This document shows, piece by piece, positions 47,790 to 55,966 of a DNA stretch of 64,000 nucleotides. The position numbers and the translations under genes were made by a program. A model generated the notes under the pieces. It did not search any database and had not been told where the DNA came from. It saw only the letters and a program-made list of their open reading frames with translations. Every line of letters begins with the position of its first letter. Positions within the stretch are counted from its first letter, which is position 1. Source of the stretch: Candidatus Latescibacterota bacterium (lineage in GTDB: Bacteria; Latescibacterota; UBA2968; UBA8231); contig CBDETK010000013.1 in NCBI GenBank assembly GCA_965242865.1, positions 4,928,001 to 4,992,000 on the forward strand, read 5' to 3'.

Positions 47790-47987
47790 TTACTTGAGAT
47801 TTAGGGCCCGGCGAACATTGGCTGAGTCTGCGGACGAGATCGGACTGTTTTTGCGGAAAGCCCGTTTGCGCTTGGTCGAGCGGCCGCCCAAAAGGTGAGT
47901 GGCATAGGCGTTGCGCCGCTTTAGACGGCCCGATCCGCGCTGCTTGATGCGCTTGGCCGAGGATTTGTGCGTCTTGATTTTGGGCAT
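47790..47987 (-). CDS. rpmI: 50S ribosomal protein L35
   Basis: MPKIKTHKSSAKR...H.L; directly upstream of rplT. Confidence 0.95.
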   Translation of the reverse strand: MPKIKTHKSSAKRIKQRGSGRLKRRNAYATHLLGGRSTKRKRAFRKNSPISSADSANVRRALNLK

Positions 47988-48023
47988 AATGTCCTGCTGG
48001 CTTGACGTTGGGCAGAAAGAGCA

Positions 48024-48052
48024 AAAATAGACCATGCTATAGGGGCTGTCAA
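48024..48052 (-). promoter_or_regulatory. sigma70-type promoter of the rpmI-rplT-pheST operon
   Basis: TTGACA (48052-48047), 17-bp spacer, TATTTT (48029-48024). Confidence 0.65.
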
Positions 48053-48148
48053 GGAGAGCAGGCCGCCCGGCGGGCGGTGAAATTTTGGCGGAAAAGTTTG
48101 CGGCCCCGGCTCGGATGTGGGCGCGATTCATCGCTGAATGGGAGGCGA

Positions 48149-48412
48149 TTAGGGATCTGGGGGCGATTTACATTTTTCGATTTGCTCTCGCACTTGGGGA
48201 CGGATAAAGACCGAGTCGATAGGCAGCCGCGCAAGGACGCGGCAAAGCAAGCGGACGCGGGCCCCGGTATCGAGTTCGTGGTTGACGATCAAGTAGGACC
48301 GACCGCCGTAGCGGCAGAGGCCACCTCGGCCCTCAAAATCGTCGTAGCGCACCTCGATATCGAGCCCTTCGACGAGGGTTTCGAGTTCTTGGAGGAGAAT
48401 GGCGTCATCCAT
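48149..48412 (-). CDS. Conserved hypothetical protein
   Basis: MDDAILLQEL...IEVRYD..GRGGLCR...FIRPQVRE, a pattern I recognise from small uncharacterised proteins. Confidence 0.7.
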   Translation of the reverse strand: MDDAILLQELETLVEGLDIEVRYDDFEGRGGLCRYGGRSYLIVNHELDTGARVRLLCRVLARLPIDSVFIRPQVREQIEKCKSPPDP

Positions 48413-48540
48413 GAAAAAATAATAGGGCCACGGGCTGCGGCTAAGCAAGGAAATTGTTGGGAGCCGAAGGGTGGATTGTTATTATAATGCCGCCATCTTA
48501 GAGCGCGTCCAGCGCGTCCATATCGAAAGGGAAATCAACG

Positions 48541-49371
48541 GTGACCGCTATCCCCCCCCAAGTATTAGTGACAAACGACGACGGCGCTGATTCGCCCATT
48601 TTGGTGCCTTTGCTGCGGGAATTGTCTGAGGTGGCCGAGCTCTGCGTGGTCGTGCCGGCGGCGGAATGCAGTTGGACCAGCAAGAGCATGAGCCGCTTTG
48701 AGCCGTTGGCACTAGCCGCGATCGAATGCGGCGGCTTCCCCGTCCAGACGCTGACCGGCAAGCCCGCCGACTGCGCCAATATCGGCATCCACAACCTCTG
48801 CTCGGCCAAGCCAGCCCTAGTCGTTTCCGGCGTCAATGTGGGCGTCAACTCCGGCCTCGCTTTCACGCTGAGCTCCGGCACGATAGGGGCGGCCGTAGAG
48901 GGCTTTCTCGCCGGGGTGCCGTCCGCCGCTTTTTCGCTGGAGCTGCCCAGACCGGCGTTTGCCCTGTGGCGGCAGTCGCGGCGGCTCGATCCCGCGCTCG
49001 ATGCGGTGGTCGTGGCCGCGGCAGCCGTCACCGCTGACATCGCAGCCGAGGTCTTGCGCGGGGGGTTGCCGGCTGGGGCCGATATGATTGCGGTGAATAT
49101 GCCGGCCAACACGAGGCGCGAATCGCCGCGCTGCCTGACGGGCTTGGCCAAGACGAGCTATGGGCCGCTGTTCGCCCGGGGTGAGGGAGAGCCGCATTTC
49201 GCGTACCGCGGCTGTCAGGTACAGATAGTCGGCGATGGGGCGAATAGCGATGTGGAAGCCTTGGAGCGCGGCGCGGTCGCGATTACGCCGCTTTGCTATT
49301 CGCTGGGTGCTCCAATACGCTCGGCCGATCGCACGCGTTTTGAGCGCGGTGAAGCGAGGGGGCGTGATTAA
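48541..49371 (+). CDS. surE: 5'/3'-nucleotidase SurE
   Basis: LVTNDDG, G.PADC, VVSGVN.G.N, SGTIGAA.EG, ITPL. Confidence 0.9.
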   Translation: MTAIPPQVLVTNDDGADSPILVPLLRELSEVAELCVVVPAAECSWTSKSMSRFEPLALAAIECGGFPVQTLTGKPADCANIGIHNLCSAKPALVVSGVNVGVNSGLAFTLSSGTIGAAVEGFLAGVPSAAFSLELPRPAFALWRQSRRLDPALDAVVVAAAAVTADIAAEVLRGGLPAGADMIAVNMPANTRRESPRCLTGLAKTSYGPLFARGEGEPHFAYRGCQVQIVGDGANSDVEALERGAVAITPLCYSLGAPIRSADRTRFERGEARGRD

Positions 49372-50659
49372 GCGGCTTCTCACGATAGGCGTCCTATTGT
49401 TCGCCGAGGGCGCGTGGGGCGAGGGCGCAGTCCGCGTAGATTCCACCGCCAGCCAGCCCTCGGCCCCGCTGCTGGCCAAGGTTTCGCAGTCGGCTACCGA
49501 GCAGACCGTGGAAGCCGTGCGCTGGATGGCAAAGCGCCGCCAGTTTACTCTGCGGGGCATTCCCTACGGCGTCACCGGCCTTCCGTTCGCGTATCTCAGC
49601 CCCAACACGAGCTGGAACTGGGGAGGGCGCGTACACTGGGCCGATTACCGGTCCCAGCCCTATCTCTACAAGCTGACGTTGCACGTACAGCAGTCCTCTG
49701 AGGGCAAACTAAAAAACCGGGTGCGGCTGCGGGTGCCCCGGATTTCGGGGACGGGTTTTGGCTTGAGATTGGAGTTGGTGCGAGAGCGCAATCTGCGCAC
49801 GCGCTACTATGGGTTGGGCAACGACAGCGCGTTCAATCGAGATTTTATCAAGCCAACCAGCGCGGATTTCAAAGACGAGAACTACTACTACTACATTCTA
49901 GAGCGGAACCCGCGGGTCTTGGTGAGCCTTTTTCGCCAGCTATACGGTCCAGTATCCACGTCGGTCGGCTTTGGGCTAGAGCGCGTCGATGTGGACCAGC
50001 GGGGGACCCAAGCATTCTATTTGGAGCGCGGCACTCCAGACGGAGTGATCGACGGGTTTTCGGGGTTTATCGGTGCGACGCTCCAATGGGATACCCGCGA
50101 CGACGAAGTGGTGCCGAGACGCGGCTTCTTTCACGAGTGGTCCTACGAGTCGGCGAGCAACTCACTGCTGGCCCTGTTCTTGGAGGCGATTGATTTTAGC
50201 CGCGTGACCCTGACCAACGCCTACTACATCCCGCTGTCGCCGCGGTTGAACTTCTCCCATCGCCTCGTGCTGGAGGTGCTCAGTGGCGAAGTGCCGCTCT
50301 ATGCCTACGGCGAGATTGGGGGCAGTCGCCGGGTCAAGGGATTGGGCGGCAGCGATTCGCTGCGAGGTTTCGACACCCAGCGGTTTACAGACGACGTGCG
50401 CTTTTTGTCCAATATCGAATTGCGCTACCAACTGCACGACATCTGGTTTTACGGACAGTACATAGAGTGGCAGGGAATGGTTTTTTTCGATGCGGGCCGG
50501 GTCTGGCCCGACTTGGATCGGCTGGGGTGGTCGGGCATGCACATCAGCGGCGGCGCCGGGGTGCGCATGATCTGGGACGCCGATTTCGTAATCCGCATGG
50601 GCACGGGCGTGGCCGACGAGCAGATGGATCTCTGGCTGAGCCTAGGACACAATTTCTAG
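49364..50659 (+). CDS. Omp85/BamA-TamA-family outer-membrane beta-barrel (no obvious POTRA domain)
   Basis: WDTRD, LGGSDSLRGF...RF, FFDAGRVW, C-terminal LSLGHNF; GTG start overlaps surE. Confidence 0.8.
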   Translation: MIKRLLTIGVLLFAEGAWGEGAVRVDSTASQPSAPLLAKVSQSATEQTVEAVRWMAKRRQFTLRGIPYGVTGLPFAYLSPNTSWNWGGRVHWADYRSQPYLYKLTLHVQQSSEGKLKNRVRLRVPRISGTGFGLRLELVRERNLRTRYYGLGNDSAFNRDFIKPTSADFKDENYYYYILERNPRVLVSLFRQLYGPVSTSVGFGLERVDVDQRGTQAFYLERGTPDGVIDGFSGFIGATLQWDTRDDEVVPRRGFFHEWSYESASNSLLALFLEAIDFSRVTLTNAYYIPLSPRLNFSHRLVLEVLSGEVPLYAYGEIGGSRRVKGLGGSDSLRGFDTQRFTDDVRFLSNIELRYQLHDIWFYGQYIEWQGMVFFDAGRVWPDLDRLGWSGMHISGGAGVRMIWDADFVIRMGTGVADEQMDLWLSLGHNF

Positions 50660-51510
50660 GCGTGGCCGGCTGTCTTGGGGGATAAAAGTGCGATCAAGCG
50701 CGCTAGTTCGGCCGCCAGTTGGTCGCGCGGGACGATGCGGTCGATAAAGCCGTGTTCGAGGACGGTCTCGGCTTTCTGAAAGCCCGCGGGAAACGGGGCA
50801 TCTGTGCCGAGGAACTGCTGGATGACAGCTGGCCCGGCAAACCCAATGCGCGCCCCAGGTTCGGCCAAGGCAATGTCCCCGAGCATGGCAAAGCTGGCGG
50901 TGACGCCCCCGTAGGTCGGGTCTGTGAGAATGGCGATGTAGAGCAAACCGTGTTGCGCGAGCTGATTGAGCTTGGCGCTGATCCGGGCCATCTGCATCAG
51001 GGAATAGGCGCTCTCCTGCATTCTGGCCCCAGCAGACTGGCAGATGACGATTAGGGTGCGGCGCTCGGCCATGGCGCGGTCGATGAGGCGGCAGAGCTTT
51101 TCGCCGGTCGCGCCGCCCAAAGTGCCCATGAGGTAGCGCGTGTCCATAACGGCGAGGGCAATGGGCTGCCCGTCGATCTGGCCGATGCCCGTGCGCACTG
51201 ATTCCTTAATGCCGCTTTCGCGCCGCCCCTTCTTGATTTTGTCCTTATAGCCTTTGAACTTGAGCGGATCAACGGGCGTCACGTCTGGGTCTATTTCGGC
51301 AAAAGTGCCGTTGTCGAGGAGGAGGTCGATGTATTGTTTGGGGCCGATGGGGTAGTGACAGGCGCATTCCGGGCAGATCCAGTGGCTGCGCCGCAGTGCC
51401 AGCTCGTAGTTGGAACGACCGCAATTTTTGCACTTGATCCAGATGCCTTGGGGAATTTCGCGCTTTATTAGGGACTTAATCCCCGTTTTCATTTTTTCAA
51501 ACCAGTTCAA
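50656..51510 (-). CDS. accD: Acetyl-CoA carboxylase carboxyltransferase beta subunit
   Basis: WIKCxxC...CPEC zinc finger, DPLKF, GEK, GARMQE, DPTYGGVTASFA, EHGFID. Confidence 0.97.
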   Translation of the reverse strand: MNWFEKMKTGIKSLIKREIPQGIWIKCKNCGRSNYELALRRSHWICPECACHYPIGPKQYIDLLLDNGTFAEIDPDVTPVDPLKFKGYKDKIKKGRRESGIKESVRTGIGQIDGQPIALAVMDTRYLMGTLGGATGEKLCRLIDRAMAERRTLIVICQSAGARMQESAYSLMQMARISAKLNQLAQHGLLYIAILTDPTYGGVTASFAMLGDIALAEPGARIGFAGPAVIQQFLGTDAPFPAGFQKAETVLEHGFIDRIVPRDQLAAELARLIALLSPKTAGHA

Positions 51511-51615
51511 AGCTCGTCCTCTCAGATAGCCCCGTCGCTCGCTGGCGGCAACATGAAGGGGGCGGTAGCCGCGATAAAGTGGATAAAGTGCATTAAAAAT
51601 AAATACTTGTCAATT

Positions 51616-51645
51616 TACATCTTCGCGGCGATCCGCGAAGATGTA
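51616..51645. repeat. Perfect 13-bp inverted repeat in the accD / TPR divergent intergenic region
   Basis: tacatcttcgcgg-cgat-ccgcgaagatgta. Confidence 0.85.
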
Positions 51646-51840
51646 GCGCAGTCGCTATATGGCTATTATGGCTATAATAACTGAGGTTCGCGTGTAGGTG
51701 GACTTTGAAGTTGCATCCCAAACCGTAAATCTATATCTTGACAGCATTGCGAAGGCTACATTGAGCAATGCAGGCAATGACTGATGAACCCGCGAATTGT
51801 CGCGGCTTTGGAGACCGTAGCCACATAGAGGATCGCTCCC

Positions 51841-52980
51841 GTGAAATGTAATTTGATGCGCAGCCTAGGACTTGTGATCTGCACCTTGGTTTTGAGTGCC
51901 GAGGCAGAAGAAGTTGCAACCGCCGATTCAATCCGCAAGTACAAATACTACGCCAAGACAGCCCGCCAAAACAAAGAGTACGACAGGGCCATAAGCTATT
52001 ACACGACCCTGCTGCAATATAGCCCCCAAGACTTGAAGGCGTCCTACTTCTTGGGGCAGCTCTATTACGAAAAAAGGGATTCCACCGGCACCCACATCGC
52101 CCTGCCTCAAGCACGCACCGCCCTGCGCCGGGCGGTCAGCATCGACTCGCTGCATCTGAATTCCAACCTGCTTCTCTATTCGATACACAAAGCCATGGAC
52201 GCGCCCGATGCGGCTGCTCGGAGCTTGGAGCGCGTACTGATCAAAAAGCCGGATGCAGCCAAGCACCGCCGCGAGTTGGCCGACCTCTATCGCCGCGAGG
52301 GCCACAACGAGCGAGCTATTGCCCACTATGAACAGTTGGTCGCGGACGGTGGCAAAGACGCCGAGTTGTTTGAAATACTTGCGGTGTTGCACCAGGAGCT
52401 AGGGCAGGCGGAGCAGGCTCTCGAGTGGCGCAAACGCCTAATTGAGGGCGGGGCGGGCGATGCCGGCCAATTGGAGAGCATCGTCGAGCTGAAGCTAGAG
52501 GTCGGCGATGTCAAAGGGGCTTACGACACGCTCTTGGAACTGGCGAAGGTGGATTCGCAGAACGCCTATTCCTATTACAGCCGCATCGCCGCAATCGCCG
52601 CTGAAGAGGGCGACGACTCCATGCATGTCGAGGGGCTCAAGGGCATGGTCGAGGCCGATCCCAAGGATTTGGAGAGCATAGCGGAGCTGGTGGAGTGGCA
52701 CCAAGGCCGCGGCGAGTTCGCCACGGCCAAAGCGTGGTTGGAGCGGGGGCTGAGGGAAAATTCCGCGGATGCCCACCTATTGCTGCTCAAGGGCGACAAT
52801 CTGGTGCGGGAGGGCGACGAGGAAGGGGCCATTGCCGCTTTTGAGAAAGCCAAAGCCGATCCAGTCTGGGAGAAGGTGGCCCAGCAGCGCATCTGGCAGC
52901 TCCGGCCGCCCGAGACCGAGGAAGAAAAGCTCAAGCGGCAATTCTTCGGGGGCGACGAGGCACAAGCGGAGCAAAACTAA
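51841..52980 (+). CDS. Exported tetratricopeptide repeat protein
   Basis: Signal peptide, TPR helices; directly upstream of exbB. Confidence 0.8.
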   Translation: MKCNLMRSLGLVICTLVLSAEAEEVATADSIRKYKYYAKTARQNKEYDRAISYYTTLLQYSPQDLKASYFLGQLYYEKRDSTGTHIALPQARTALRRAVSIDSLHLNSNLLLYSIHKAMDAPDAAARSLERVLIKKPDAAKHRRELADLYRREGHNERAIAHYEQLVADGGKDAELFEILAVLHQELGQAEQALEWRKRLIEGGAGDAGQLESIVELKLEVGDVKGAYDTLLELAKVDSQNAYSYYSRIAAIAAEEGDDSMHVEGLKGMVEADPKDLESIAELVEWHQGRGEFATAKAWLERGLRENSADAHLLLLKGDNLVREGDEEGAIAAFEKAKADPVWEKVAQQRIWQLRPPETEEEKLKRQFFGGDEAQAEQN

Positions 52981-53035
52981 CCATTGCTCCGGTCTATTGG
53001 TTAGGCTGGGGCCAACATTCACAGCGAGGAGAAAA

Positions 53036-53653
53036 ATGGTAGAGCTTTTTTACGACGGCGGATGGGCCATGTATCCCCTGCTCTTGCTGCTTATCATCGG
53101 CGTTGCCGTAGCGATTGAGCGCGTGTACAATCTATCGCGGTCGTCGATTGACGCTGCGAGTTTCTTCACGGACCTCGAAGAGGCCCTCGAAAGCGGAGGC
53201 CCCGCGGCCGCGGCCGAGCTTTGCTCGCAGACGCGCGGTCCGGTTGCCTCCATTATCCACGCTGGGCTCCAACGCTTGGAGCGCGGCCTCGACCAAGTCG
53301 AGAAAGCCATTGACAACAACGGTGCGGTGGAGATGGCCTTTCTCGAGCGCGGCATGGTGTGGCTCTCAACGGTGGCCAACTTGGCGCCGATGATAGGCTT
53401 TTTAGGCACGGTTAGCGGTATGATCAATGCCTTTCAAGCGATCAAGGAAGCGGGCGACGTCGAGCCTTCCATGGTCGCGGGTGGTATTTCCGAGGCCCTA
53501 ATCACCACGGCCGCGGGGTTGATCGTGGGCATCTTGATCCAGTTTTGCTACAATTTCTGCGCCAATCGCATCGACAAGATCATCGCCGACATGACCGAGC
53601 AGACGGCCAACTTCATCGACCTGCTGGCCGCCCGCCAACACCGCGGAGCCTAG
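53036..53653 (+). CDS. exbB: MotA/TolQ/ExbB proton channel protein
   Basis: GGWAMYPL, APMIGFLGTVSGMI, GISEALITTAAGL; GAGGAG RBS. Confidence 0.9.
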   Translation: MVELFYDGGWAMYPLLLLLIIGVAVAIERVYNLSRSSIDAASFFTDLEEALESGGPAAAAELCSQTRGPVASIIHAGLQRLERGLDQVEKAIDNNGAVEMAFLERGMVWLSTVANLAPMIGFLGTVSGMINAFQAIKEAGDVEPSMVAGGISEALITTAAGLIVGILIQFCYNFCANRIDKIIADMTEQTANFIDLLAARQHRGA

Positions 53654-53655
53654 GC

Positions 53656-54069
53656 GTGATCGAGAGGCGTCAGAGCCGGGTTGCCCCGGAAATTCCCACG
53701 GCTTCAATGGCGGACATCGCCTTTTTGCTCATCGTGTTCTTCCTCGTCACGACCACCATGAACCAAGACAAGGGTCTTTCCCTGCATTTGCCGCCGGTGG
53801 GCGAGACCAAGGAAGTGCGAGAAAAGAATATTCTCAACGTGTGGATCAATGCCCGCGACCAGCTCGCCTTTTTTGAGCACGACCAGCTAACACCGGTGCC
53901 GTTTGCCGAGCTCAAGGGGCGCATTGAAGGGCGTCTGCGGGAAAACGAGAATCTGATCGTCTCGCTCAAGACGGAGCGCGGAGCCACCTATCGGACCTTC
54001 GTCGATGTACTCGACGAGCTCAAACTGGCCGGAGCCACCAAAATCTCGGTTGCCAACCCGGAAGAATAG
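53656..54069 (+). CDS. exbD: ExbD/TolR family protein
   Basis: IPTASMADIAFLLIVFF; GTG start. Confidence 0.9.
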   Translation: MIERRQSRVAPEIPTASMADIAFLLIVFFLVTTTMNQDKGLSLHLPPVGETKEVREKNILNVWINARDQLAFFEHDQLTPVPFAELKGRIEGRLRENENLIVSLKTERGATYRTFVDVLDELKLAGATKISVANPEE

Positions 54070-54072
54070 CCG

Positions 54073-54486
54073 ATGAAATTCGCCCGTAAAGCCAAAGTAG
54101 CCAGCGTTATTCCCACGGCCTCCATGGCCGACATCTCCTTCTTGCTCCTCGTGTTTTTTATGGTCTCAACGGTTTTCGTGCGCTATAGGGGCGTGCCGGT
54201 GGAGTTGCCACAGGCCGAAAAAATTGAGAAGATCGAAAGCCGCCGCAACGTATTGCAGGTTTGGGTCAACAGCGAGGGAGTCGTCAACATTGAAGACCGG
54301 AACATACCGCTTTCCGAAGTGGGCGCATTGGTACATAAGTACCTGACGGCCAACCCTCGGTTGATCATCTCGTTGCGGGGCGATAAGGACTCCGAGTTCG
54401 GGGTGATTTCCGATGTCATGGAGGAGTTGCGCAAGGTCGAAGCCCTGCGGGTCAACTTCTCCACCAAACGGGAGCTGGACGAATGA
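54073..54486 (+). CDS. exbD: ExbD/TolR family protein (second copy)
   Basis: IPTASMADISFLLLVFFMV, LRGDKD. Confidence 0.9.
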   Translation: MKFARKAKVASVIPTASMADISFLLLVFFMVSTVFVRYRGVPVELPQAEKIEKIESRRNVLQVWVNSEGVVNIEDRNIPLSEVGALVHKYLTANPRLIISLRGDKDSEFGVISDVMEELRKVEALRVNFSTKRELDE

Positions 54487-55139
54487 TTCGCGGCAAGCAG
54501 CCCGAAGCCAACTTGCGGTTGACGTACCGGAAGACGTTGTGGACTTGCACGGGGCTTTCGACCCTCTTGCACGGGGCCATCTTTGTGCTCTTCCCCAACT
54601 TCGAGCCTGAAGCCTACGCCAAGCCCGAAGAGCCGATTGTCATTCAGCTCGAAGAAATCCCCGAGACTAAGCAGGAACGCCGGCCCCCACCGCCCGCCCG
54701 CCCAGTAGTACCCGTGCCGACCGACGACCCAGATGTCCCAGATGACGTGACCATTGAGGACACCGATCTCGATCTCGATCTCGACGATCTGGCGCCGCCG
54801 CCGCCATTAAAGGAAGAGGTGGTTGAGGAGGTCGAGCTGGAAGAGGAAGAGGAGATCGTCGAGTTGTGGCGGGTTGAGAAAAAGCCCGTGATCACCAAGA
54901 AAGTAAGGCCCAAGTATCCGGCGACCGCTCAGAAGGCCAACATCACCGGCAAGGTGTTTGTCACGGCACTCGTCGGCAAAGACGGCAAGGTCGAGCAAAT
55001 CGGCAAGATCACCGGTCCCAAGGTGTTCCACGAGGTCGCCAAAGCGGCCGCCCTCCAGTCGGAGTTTACGCCGGCCATGCAAAACGACCGGCCCGTCAAG
55101 GTCTGGGTCAGCCTGCCCTTCACCTTCAGGCTCAACTGA
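54483..55139 (+). CDS. tonB: Energy transducer TonB
   Basis: N-terminal TM with His, Pro/acidic linker, PKYP..A...G.V, FTPA.Q..PV.V...PF.F. Confidence 0.88.
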   Translation: MIRGKQPEANLRLTYRKTLWTCTGLSTLLHGAIFVLFPNFEPEAYAKPEEPIVIQLEEIPETKQERRPPPPARPVVPVPTDDPDVPDDVTIEDTDLDLDLDDLAPPPPLKEEVVEEVELEEEEEIVELWRVEKKPVITKKVRPKYPATAQKANITGKVFVTALVGKDGKVEQIGKITGPKVFHEVAKAAALQSEFTPAMQNDRPVKVWVSLPFTFRLN

Positions 55140-55253
55140 CGGTTCCCATATCCTCCTATTTTTTTTATATTTAGTAGCATAGTAGCACTCCCCTTCCTCC
55201 TCGTACAAACGCCCCCCACCGTACTCCGAACAGACTGATGGAGGATTGGTCTC

Positions 55254-55706
55254 ATGCGGTGTCCTTATTGCAATGGTGCAGAAGATCGAGTGGTGGATTC
55301 GCGGTCGTGCCGCGAAGGTATGGCGATCCGTCGCCGCCGCGAGTGCATAAGCTGTGCCAAGCGTTTCACAACCTACGAATACGTCGAAAGCGTGCCGCTA
55401 TCCGTTATCAAGGCCGACGGCCGCCGCGAGCCTTTTGATCGCAGCAAACTGCTCGACAAGATACAGATAGCCTGCTACAAGACGACCATTTCGGCTGAGG
55501 CGATCGAGCAACTCGTCGATCGGGTCGAGGCCGAAGTAAGCAGCCTCAACGTGAAGGAAATTCCCTCCAAGCAGATCGGCGAGCGCGTCATGGAGCATCT
55601 GCGCCAGCTCAACGCCGTGGCGTACGTGCGTTTTGCCTCGGTCTATCGCCAGTTCAAAGACAAGAGCGATTTCGTGCGCGAACTGGAACAATTGACCAAT
55701 AATTGA
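55254..55706 (+). CDS. nrdR: Transcriptional repressor NrdR
   Basis: MRCPYC, VVDSR, IRRRREC..C.KRFTTYE, ATP cone, VAYVRFASVY. Confidence 0.98.
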   Translation: MRCPYCNGAEDRVVDSRSCREGMAIRRRRECISCAKRFTTYEYVESVPLSVIKADGRREPFDRSKLLDKIQIACYKTTISAEAIEQLVDRVEAEVSSLNVKEIPSKQIGERVMEHLRQLNAVAYVRFASVYRQFKDKSDFVRELEQLTNN

Positions 55707-55775
55707 GGTCCGTGCTGTTGTTTAAGCGCATCGCAACCCAATTGAAAAGAAATTGCTCTGCACAGATAATTTGCC

Positions 55776-55804
55776 TTGACAAGCATGCGCGCAGTTTCTA
55801 CTTT
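55776..55804 (+). promoter_or_regulatory. sigma70-type promoter of nrdJ
   Basis: TTGACA (55776-55781), 17-bp spacer, TACTTT (55799-55804). Confidence 0.7.
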
Positions 55805-55812
55805 TAGCCGCG

Positions 55813-55828
55813 ACACAACATCTTGTGT
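55813..55828 (+). promoter_or_regulatory. NrdR box
   Basis: acacaacatcttgtgt matches the NrdR consensus acaCwAtATaTwGtgt; lies at the predicted transcription start of nrdJ. Confidence 0.85.
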
Positions 55829-55829
55829 C

Positions 55830-55882
55830 AGATTAAGTGTATCGCCCTGAGATAGTGTGTCTCAGGGCGATACACTTAATCT
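55830..55882. repeat. Perfect 23-bp inverted repeat in the nrdJ leader
   Basis: agattaagtgtatcgccctgaga-tagtgtg-tctcagggcgatacacttaatct. Confidence 0.9.
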
Positions 55883-55966
55883 CTCCCCCCATTAACCTAA
55901 GTCCTTACTTTTTGGCGATTTTTTTACTTCGCCGATGGACCTTTTTTGCTTCAAGGGAGGGCATGA

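Noticed and set aside
51738-51762. Promoter TTGACA...TACATT for the TPR-exbB operon
   Set aside because: The spacer is only 13 bp, so it was not called.
55707-55966. Cobalamin riboswitch upstream of the B12-dependent nrdJ
   Set aside because: No recognisable B12-box motifs; the region is explained by the promoter, NrdR box and inverted repeat.
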